From the NCBI RefSeq assembly GCF_900079115.1, contig NZ_LT549890.1, positions 1,770,001 through 1,802,000 on the forward strand: a DNA stretch of 32,000 nucleotides, given 5' to 3'. Positions 24,783-32,000 of the stretch are shown here, one piece after another (the first letter of the stretch is position 1; every line of letters begins with the position of its first letter). The notes under the pieces are model-generated. The model was not told the origin of the DNA, searched no databases, and saw only the letters and a program-made list of their open reading frames with translations. The position numbers and the translations under genes are program-made. Origin of the DNA: Saccharolobus solfataricus (GTDB lineage Archaea; Thermoproteota; Thermoprotei_A; Sulfolobales; Sulfolobaceae).

Positions 24783-26221
24783 CAGTGGTGTTTCACCAAA
24801 TTATTTCATTTGAAAGATATAATATTAGTCCTTTCAAAAAGAGATTGATATAGAGAAAAACAATAAAATTATTATGAAACATAACATGTTAAAATAATTT
24901 GCAAAAAATATAGCGTACAATTCTAATAATAAGAGGAGAATTCTGAATTTTTCTCACGTGGTGAAAACGACGTGCATAGTCTCCTCTGAACACCGAGAAA
25001 GTTAGAGAAGCTTGACGAATGAATCGAAGGACAAAACCTTCTTACACGTGGACTTGAAGTTAAAGAGAAGATGATTCACTAGATTCCACGCAGAATCCAG
25101 AACCGTGTAATAGAGGAACAAGAAGATCTTATTACTCAACTTCCTAACATACCTTATCCTTGCCTTCCTAACCTTAAAACCCTCCTCAACCTGCCACCTC
25201 AACCTATAGAGTTCAGCCAGTTCATAGGGATCTCCCTCGAAGTTCGTCACGAAGATGAAGTGCCTCGGCTTCCCCTTAACGTAAACCACATCGTAATAAT
25301 AAAGCCCTTCAAATTCCAAGACCCTATACGCAACGTAAACCTTGTCCTTAACCTCATATCTCTTCTCAACTAATGGAACGTTAGATAGTTCCTTGAATCC
25401 CTTCAAGTTCGACTTTCCTCTCACAATGGTCTTCACGGGCATTTCCTTGATGACCCCTAGGTTCAAGAATCCGGCGTCAGCTACAACGTAATCTATTTCC
25501 ATGTATTGGCTTACTTCCCTCACGCTCCTGAGTAGGAACTGTGATGGACTGTCGCTTCTCAAATCTGCTACCTCCACTAGGAGGGGTAACCTTAAGGGAT
25601 ATACGAGGTCCAAGGATCTCATCTTTACTCCTTTTCTCTTCCAGTTGTAGAGTAGAAAGCCCTCTGCTTTTTCTTGTTCCTTTTCTCCCACGGTTAATCC
25701 GGTCTCATCTACAGCGACTACGTTGATCTCTCCCTTTACTTCTCTGTAGATTGGGTAGAACTTGAAGGTTCTCTGACCTTTACTAATTACTTTCTCGCCT
25801 CGTCTTACTACCTTCAAGTAGTATTTTCCTCTGTTTCCGGTTAGCAAGGATGGTGCTGCTTTCACTATTTCCGGGTCTAGATCTTGAGAGATAACGTTAA
25901 TATTGTTTGTTGCTAAAGTTATAGCGAGGGACTTCAGCTCCGTTTTGGGTAATATCATGGTTTGCATAACGGAGTTATGGAGTCCCTCGCTTTAACCTTT
26001 TCTTGTTCATCTCGTCCTTCCACCTACTTTCCTCTATTGATAATACTAGACAAATGGTATTACTCTTTATATATAAACTCGTTTTCTGTTAGTTTCTTCA
26101 ACAAATATGAAAATTTTTTGCTTCTTGTGTTGAAATAAGCCGATTTTTCTAACTCCGCTCTGATATTTTTCTCTTCCATAGAAATTGTATCATTTTGAGT
26201 AAAATTGGTGAAACACCACTG
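24783..26221 (-). mobile_element. ISC1439 (IS4-type), complete, 1439 bp
   Basis: A 17-bp perfect inverted repeat CAGTGGTGTTTCACCAA lies at 24783-24799, with its reverse complement at 26205-26221. A 9-bp target duplication ATACGGGGA lies at 24774-24782 and 26222-26230. The length is exactly 1439 bp. Confidence 0.85.
25002..25967 (-). CDS. Transposase of ISC1439 (321 aa)
   Basis: It is the only long ORF within the element. VVADAGF and YRLRWQVEEGFKVRK resemble the DDE D and Y-x-x-R-x-x-x-E-x-x-x-K motifs of IS4-like transposases. Confidence 0.8.
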   Translation of the reverse strand: MQTMILPKTELKSLAITLATNNINVISQDLDPEIVKAAPSLLTGNRGKYYLKVVRRGEKVISKGQRTFKFYPIYREVKGEINVVAVDETGLTVGEKEQEKAEGFLLYNWKRKGVKMRSLDLVYPLRLPLLVEVADLRSDSPSQFLLRSVREVSQYMEIDYVVADAGFLNLGVIKEMPVKTIVRGKSNLKGFKELSNVPLVEKRYEVKDKVYVAYRVLEFEGLYYYDVVYVKGKPRHFIFVTNFEGDPYELAELYRLRWQVEEGFKVRKARIRYVRKLSNKIFLFLYYTVLDSAWNLVNHLLFNFKSTCKKVLSFDSFVKLL

Positions 26222-26419
26222 ATACGGGGACATGTATTACACGCTTATATTGTACTTAAAAGTGGATATACGCCTAGTGAGGAATTGAAGAAAGAGATCA
26301 TTAATTTCGTTAATAGCAAATACTCTAGACATGTACATCTTGAGAAGGTTGATTTTGTGGATAAGCTTCCTAAAACCGAGAGCGGTAAAATACAGAGATA
26401 TTTATTAAGAAAGAAATAA
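26222..26419 (+). pseudogene. AMP-forming acyl-CoA synthetase, 3' portion
   Basis: IRGHVLHAYIVLKSGYTPSEELKKEIINFVNSKYSRHVHLEKVDFVDKLPKTESGKIQRYLLRKK carries the C-terminal LPKTxSGKIxR motif. It is in frame with 24782 once the IS and one copy of the duplication are removed. Confidence 0.85.
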
Positions 26420-26456
26420 AAATCCTTTAATTTGCCTTATTAATTTCGTATATGCA

Positions 26457-27923
26457 TTATGTTATTCTCTTTTTCTCTAAACCTAAGTATATCATTAAAC
26501 TCAAAAATAGTCCTAAATACCAGCCGTAGTCGTATAGCAAAGCTAACTGAGGAACTAGAAACCCTATTACTGGAACAGAAAACCCTATTACCATTGCAAT
26601 TAATGCATTAATATTATAACCCGATACATACCAATACCTTCCATTTGGCTTAAATAGCTCTGCTAGTTTAATTTCAGTTTTTTCTAAAATCCAGTAGTGA
26701 GCTATCATAACTCCAGCGACAGAACCTAGTCCAGCACCAATTAAATTTATTACATTTTCTATACTTGAAGCATTGTTATACCATAACCATGGTGAGTAGA
26801 GTAAACCTAGAATTGCAGACACAATAGCAGATTTTGACCAAGTGTTTAGTCTCTTCGGGAATAAGCTTATCAAATCATAAACGGGTGATACAATGTTTGC
26901 GGCAACGTTTACTGAGATTGTCGCAATAACAAGACTAATTCCAAGAACTAACGTTATGTAAGGATTATTAGTAAATAGGAACATTATATTAACCGGATTA
27001 ACGTAATTAATCGCCTCACTACTTGGAATATTGTAAATGTAAATTACTGCAGACGTTAAACCAACTGCTATGAAGCTGAAAAGCAACGTAAGTATAGGCA
27101 GACCAATAGCTTGTCCTATTAATTGATCCTTTTGGCTTCTAGAGAATCTCGTAAAGTCCGGAATGTTCAAGACCAAAGTTGCCCAAAATCCCGCCATTGT
27201 GGATATCCCTAAGGCTATATTAGGTAACGAAACGTTACTGGCCTTTATTTGAAACAATGGTGATAGGCCATTTGCAAGGGTAGCTACGTGAATCATTAGT
27301 CCCCCTAAAATTATTATTACCAAGGGACCAGCAATTAGTTCGAACTTCTTTATCTCATCCATTCCTTTAAACAAGACTAATACATTAAGTAACCAAAAGA
27401 GGAAGAACGAAAGCGCCATATGGAGTGGCATTCCTAAGAGGTTTACTGAGAACGTTGACCATAATGGGTAAAAGATTGAGATGAGAGCGTCTAAAATTAG
27501 ACCACCGGCATAGGTCTCAACTGAGAACCAAAACAATGCTGAAATTGCCCTCATTATTACTGGTATTCTAGCACCCCTTATTCCAAACATTGGTCTAATT
27601 GACGAGGGAAATGGGACTCCCCATTTTACACCAATGTGCCCATTTAAATATAACGCTATTAGCAAAGTGAAATATGCTATTGCAATAACAGTTAAGGCTA
27701 TTAGCGGACCGAACTCAAACGTTAATAACCCAGCAAGCATGAATGCAGGGACGTTATGAATCATCCCAGCCCATATTGTAGTGTAATTTACCCATGTCCA
27801 CGTTTTTGAGTTTTTAGAGAGGGGCGCTATATTTGGATTGTAGTAGTTGTCTGGTACTACAGCTCTTCCTTGATTATATTCTGTTAGGTCCAAATTAACG
27901 TGATTTATTTCTTGATCTGACAT
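26457..27923 (-). CDS. NCS1-family (nucleobase/cation symporter-1: cytosine, uracil, allantoin, thiamine-type) permease
   Basis: Twelve TM helices. The N-terminal N..l.P....R.W....y...W.g....v pattern is present (NIAPLSKNSKTWTWVNYTTIWAGMIHNV). The substrate is not inferable. Confidence 0.6.
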   Translation of the reverse strand: MSDQEINHVNLDLTEYNQGRAVVPDNYYNPNIAPLSKNSKTWTWVNYTTIWAGMIHNVPAFMLAGLLTFEFGPLIALTVIAIAYFTLLIALYLNGHIGVKWGVPFPSSIRPMFGIRGARIPVIMRAISALFWFSVETYAGGLILDALISIFYPLWSTFSVNLLGMPLHMALSFFLFWLLNVLVLFKGMDEIKKFELIAGPLVIIILGGLMIHVATLANGLSPLFQIKASNVSLPNIALGISTMAGFWATLVLNIPDFTRFSRSQKDQLIGQAIGLPILTLLFSFIAVGLTSAVIYIYNIPSSEAINYVNPVNIMFLFTNNPYITLVLGISLVIATISVNVAANIVSPVYDLISLFPKRLNTWSKSAIVSAILGLLYSPWLWYNNASSIENVINLIGAGLGSVAGVMIAHYWILEKTEIKLAELFKPNGRYWYVSGYNINALIAMVIGFSVPVIGFLVPQLALLYDYGWYLGLFLSLMIYLGLEKKRIT

Positions 27924-28317
27924 CTTTCAGTATTGCTAAAGAGCGGTATATAAATTAAACTGATTAAAAGGTGAAGTATTTTTAATCTAATTATGAACTA
28001 GGAAATACCAAAATTCTCCAATATTCTTTAATTATATTTCCCTAATTTACTAGAATTGACGTAATTAGATAAGAGGGAAAAGGACTTATATGGTATTATA
28101 TATACATTATTTATGCAGTATGTTTTTTGACATATAATAATTCTGAGAAAAAATTGAGAATCGGTACTAGTTCATCTCTCCATAGGTTGCCAGTTTATTA
28201 AGAATTCTATCGCACATTTGCGAATTACGAAATCATTACTCATTAAACTGTACGATTACAGTATGCTTCTTTAGATGTAACTATAAAAAGACCTTTCTTA
28301 GTTCGTAAATAAATGGT

Positions 28318-30168
28318 ATGACAAGCGTTACCAACTCAGATAAGTTGCTAAGGAAAGAGTTAAGTCTCTTAGATCTGACCTTTTTATCTTTAAGTGCAAT
28401 GATAGGTTCAGGTTGGTTACTAGCTTCCCTAAGCGTAGCATCCTTAGCTGGACCTTCTGGAGTTTTCTCTTGGACAATAGCTGGGATAATGGTAATGTTT
28501 ATAGGGTTAGCTTACGCCGAACTCGGAAGTTCTATACCTAAAACTGGAGGGATAGTAAGATATCCATTTTATTCCCACGGAAGTTACACCGGATTTGTCA
28601 TAGCGTTCCTATATCTTCTCTCGGCGATCTCTACACCTTCTATAGAGGCTTTGGCAACGATTGAATACTTGACTAGTGTGAACCCTACTTTGAGTAAATT
28701 GCTTACTAACTCAACAGTTGTTAACGGCACACAAGTTACTGTATTAACGCTTCCCGGATTACTTCTTTCAATCCTTCTATTATTTATCTATTTCGTAATA
28801 AATTATTATGGCATAAAGATCTTAGGGAAAACGAACTCGGCTATAACAGTTTGGAAGCTGATCATACCGGTTGTTACATTTATATTACTATTTTTTGCAT
28901 TTAAATCAAATAACTTTACAAATTATGGAGGAATATTCCCACAAAGTGTTGCATCTAATTACGTAGGTCCAGTTGGTATGCTGTATGCGATACCCTCGGC
29001 TGGGATAATTTACTCATATTTAGGGTTTAGACAACCAATAGAGTACTCTGGAGAGGCTAAAAATCCAGAAAAGAACGTATGGAGAGCCATAATTCTCTCA
29101 ATAGTAATTGCCATACTAATTTACACTTTCCTACAAATAGCCTTTATAGGTGCAATAAATTGGGAATCTGCTAGAATAACCCCCGGCAATTGGTCAGCAT
29201 TGCTAAATAGTAAGTGGGCTAATAGTCCATTTTACAGCGAGCTGGAAGCTGAGGGCATAGCAGTGACTGGAGCCTGGGGATACGTACTATTAATAGATGC
29301 AATTCTATCTCCCACTGGAACTGGATTAGTCTATACTGGGACATCAGCTAGAACGCTTTATGGCCTATCAGCAGAAGAATATTTTCCATCAATATTTAAG
29401 AAATTAAATAGCTATAGGATTCCTATATGGTCCTTGGTTGGATCCTTAATAGCAAGTATAATATTCCTACTTCCGTTTCCAAGTTGGTATTTGTTAGTTG
29501 GATTCAACTCCTCAGCTACCGTACTTACGTATATTATGGGTGGAATAGGTTTACAAACGTTGAGGAAGACTGCTCCCGATTTAAAGAGAGGAATTAAGAT
29601 ACCATGGGCAAGTCTAGTAGCTCCAGTAGCTACAATAGTTTCATTGTTAATAGTGTATTGGGCAGGGTTTACAACATTGTTTTATATCGTATCAATTTTA
29701 TTTATTGGAATTCCAATCTTCTGGGTAAATTATGCTGTAAAGGTTCTAGGACTAAAGAAGTGGGTTGGTGTTAGCTTGGGAATAACACAGCTAATTGTAA
29801 ATATCGCATTAACCATTTTTGGTTATTATAACCTAGTTTTGAATAACGATAGTCCTATGTTATACTTCGTTTTATTCATATTGATGGAATTGGTGCCCTT
29901 GGTAGTAGCTTATCTAACTATAAACGATAATGGGAAAGTACACTTGAGGAGTGGATTTTGGCTTATGGGCTTAATTTTTACAATTTACATTATTAGTTAT
30001 CTCAGTGAGTTTGGACCATTGGGTAGCTCTGCTCCTATAGAATTTCCTTATGATATTGCAATAATTTCGATAGTAGGTCTAATATTCCATTATCTAGCAG
30101 TTTTAAGCGGTTTCAGAACCAAGGAAATAGAGGAAATTATTGAGGATCAGAAGGAGAGAAGAGATTAA
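28318..30168 (+). CDS. APC-superfamily amino-acid/polyamine permease with extra C-terminal helices
   Basis: The N-terminus LSLLDLTFLSLSAMIGSGWL...AYAELGSSIPKTGG is the APC signature region. The protein is 616 aa with more than 12 hydrophobic segments. Confidence 0.7.
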   Translation: MTSVTNSDKLLRKELSLLDLTFLSLSAMIGSGWLLASLSVASLAGPSGVFSWTIAGIMVMFIGLAYAELGSSIPKTGGIVRYPFYSHGSYTGFVIAFLYLLSAISTPSIEALATIEYLTSVNPTLSKLLTNSTVVNGTQVTVLTLPGLLLSILLLFIYFVINYYGIKILGKTNSAITVWKLIIPVVTFILLFFAFKSNNFTNYGGIFPQSVASNYVGPVGMLYAIPSAGIIYSYLGFRQPIEYSGEAKNPEKNVWRAIILSIVIAILIYTFLQIAFIGAINWESARITPGNWSALLNSKWANSPFYSELEAEGIAVTGAWGYVLLIDAILSPTGTGLVYTGTSARTLYGLSAEEYFPSIFKKLNSYRIPIWSLVGSLIASIIFLLPFPSWYLLVGFNSSATVLTYIMGGIGLQTLRKTAPDLKRGIKIPWASLVAPVATIVSLLIVYWAGFTTLFYIVSILFIGIPIFWVNYAVKVLGLKKWVGVSLGITQLIVNIALTIFGYYNLVLNNDSPMLYFVLFILMELVPLVVAYLTINDNGKVHLRSGFWLMGLIFTIYIISYLSEFGPLGSSAPIEFPYDIAIISIVGLIFHYLAVLSGFRTKEIEEIIEDQKERRD

Positions 30169-30478
30169 TTGAAATAATGCTATTACGAATCCTAATGAAA
30201 ACTTTTTAATCAAGAAACTATACCTTATTTTAGATCGATAAATCACACTGAAATAATGAAAAGTAGAAATTATTTATTATAATGGCTTGGACTTTATAAA
30301 ACAATTTTCAAAAACACATAATAACTAAAAATCATTTATTACATTTTGCTAGCATATCAATTAATAAATTCCTTTTTTATATCGTTTTGACTTTTTCACC
30401 TAAAGAAAATTGTGAGTTAAGAAAATTTTAAAGCTGTGTTGGAATAAATTTTTATTCTGGGAAAACGAATTTATATTG

Positions 30479-31738
30479 ATGGAAGAAGTTCTAAGTTCGA
30501 GTCTATATACTCAACAAGTGAAAAAGTTATATAAAGTCGGAGAGTTGTTGGGCCTTGATAATGAAACTTTAGAGACACTTTCTCAGCCCGAGAGAATAAT
30601 TCAAGTTAAGATACAAATTAGGGGTTCTGACGGTAAATTAAAGACATTTATGGGGTGGAGGAGTCAACACAACTCCGCCCTAGGTCCCTATAAGGGAGGA
30701 GTGAGATATCATCCTAATGTTACGCAAGATGAGGTAGAAGCACTATCTATGATAATGACGTGGAAGAACTCGTTATTGTTATTGCCATATGGAGGAGGAA
30801 AGGGTGGAGTTAGAGTAGACCCCAAAAAGTTAACTAGGGAAGAATTAGAACAATTATCCAGAAAGTACATTCAAGCTATTTATAAATATTTGGGTAGTGA
30901 ATTGGATATCCCAGCCCCAGATGTAAATACAGATTCACAAACCATGGCTTGGTTCCTGGATGAGTACATAAAGATAACCGGAAAAGTTGATTTCGCAGTG
31001 TTCACTGGGAAGCCGGTAGAGCTGGGTGGAATAGGGGTTAGGTTATATAGTACTGGACTTGGAGTTGCTACCATAGCTAAGGAAGCTGCAAATAAGTTTA
31101 TAGGAGGGGTTGAGGAGGCTAGAGTCATAATTCAAGGTTTTGGAAATGTTGGGTATTATGCAGGTAAGTTCCTAAGTGAAATGGGAGCTAAAATAGTTGG
31201 AGTTAGCGATTCTAAAGGTGGAGTAATTAATGAGAAAGGAATAGATGTTGGAAAGGCTATTGAGATAAAGGAGAAAACTGGAAGTGTGATAAATTATCCT
31301 GAGGGAAGGAAGGTAACCAATGAGGAATTGTTAATATCGGATTGTGATATATTAATTCCAGCTGCCCTTGAAAACGTCATAAACAAGTTCAATGCTCCGA
31401 AGGTTAAGGCAAAGCTTATTGTAGAAGGTGCAAATGGTCCGTTGACAGCAGATGCTGATGAAATAATGAGACAGAGGGGAATAGCAGTTGTACCAGATAT
31501 ACTCGCCAATGCTGGTGGAGTTGTTGGGAGTTATGTGGAATGGGCTAATAATAAAATGGGAGAGATAATAAGCGATGAGGAAGCTAAGAAACTTATAGTC
31601 GATAGAATGAATAATGCCTTCAATACGCTATATGATTATCATCAGAAGAAGCTAGAAGATCATGACCTAAGAACTGCTGCAATGGCATTGGCAGTAGACA
31701 GAGTAGTAAGAGCTATGAAAGCTAGGGGCATATTATAA
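30479..31738 (+). CDS. gdhA: Glutamate dehydrogenase
   Basis: KGGVRYHP and PYGGGKGG (catalytic Lys region), plus the GFGNVG Rossmann motif. The N-terminus [19 protein letters not shown] matches the S. solfataricus GDH as I recall it, so the ATG at 30479 is preferred over the TTG at 30476. Confidence 0.95.
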
Positions 31739-31767
31739 CACTCTTTTTTATCCTTATCTCTTTCCTT

Positions 31768-32000
31768 TTACTCGTAACCTACTATTAAAAGTCTGTCCTT
31801 AAGCTTATAAGAATAAAGAATTGTAAAATTAAAGCTACTTTTAGCCATGGATATAAGTTCGTCTTTTACTTTATCGTTGTTTATATCAGCTGGCACTATC
31901 ACTACGTAATACTTAGCAAACGGTATAAAGGTTTTGAAAAATTTTTGGGCATCAACTATCAGACCGGGACTAACGTACTTAACGAATTTCACACTTCCAC
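31768..32000 (-). CDS. Hypothetical protein, probably incomplete at the window edge
   Basis: Open frame from the window end to the stop at 31768-31770. The GTG at 31990-31992 may not be the real start. No family recognised. Confidence 0.3.
   Translation of the reverse strand, partial: GSVKFVKYVSPGLIVDAQKFFKTFIPFAKYYVVIVPADINNDKVKDELISMAKSSFNFTILYSYKLKDRLLIVGYE

Noticed and set aside
21077-31509. Other short antisense ORFs (21077..21313, 24125..24364, 25541..25726, 30880..31128, 31294..31509)
   Set aside because: All are embedded opposite well-supported genes (FkbM methyltransferase, acyl-CoA synthetase, ISC1439 transposase, gdhA).

Overview
This is an AT-rich crenarchaeal chromosome segment, almost certainly Saccharolobus (Sulfolobus) solfataricus or a very close relative. 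It encodes a 7-kDa Sso7d/7a chromatin protein, the recognisable S. solfataricus glutamate dehydrogenase ([13 protein letters not shown]...) and a thermopsin-family protease. It also carries four complete insertion sequences. Measured between their inverted repeats they are 1058, 1078 and 1439 bp and about 1.23 kb, matching the ISC1058, ISC1078, ISC1439 and ISC1225 size classes. All family and IS names are from memory of motifs; no database search was possible.

The window is an IS-riddled accessory-like patch embedded in housekeeping and transport genes:
- a DEAD-box helicase, an MFS transporter and a YkoEDC-like ECF transporter operon;
- a HAD hydrolase and two methyltransferases;
- an OYE/FadH-like flavoprotein, an NCS1 permease, an APC permease and gdhA.

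At least seven genes are broken or decayed:
- a HEPN gene of a HEPN-MNT pair, split by the GC-rich 1.23-kb IS;
- a second, divergent HEPN remnant;
- a ThDP-enzyme stub;
- an IS607-type recombinase;
- a possible TnpB tail;
- an amidohydrolase;
- an acyl-CoA synthetase, split by ISC1439.

Observations most worth follow-up:
1. Two internally deleted IS607-type derivatives keep both termini and a TnpB-3'/right-end block that is conserved at the nucleotide level but not the protein level. This block is omega-RNA-like.
2. A candidate C/D-box sRNA at 19201-19256 has exact 12-nt spacers and a compensated k-turn pair.
3. A tightly coupled operon pairs a SWIM zinc-finger mini-protein with a DUF457 membrane hydrolase.
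4. An unexplained ~55-nt repeat pair starts with the ISC1058 target 9-mer.

No CRISPR array, rRNA or tRNA was seen. I cannot point to one clearly novel multi-gene system, so the candidates above are ranked honestly as hypotheses.
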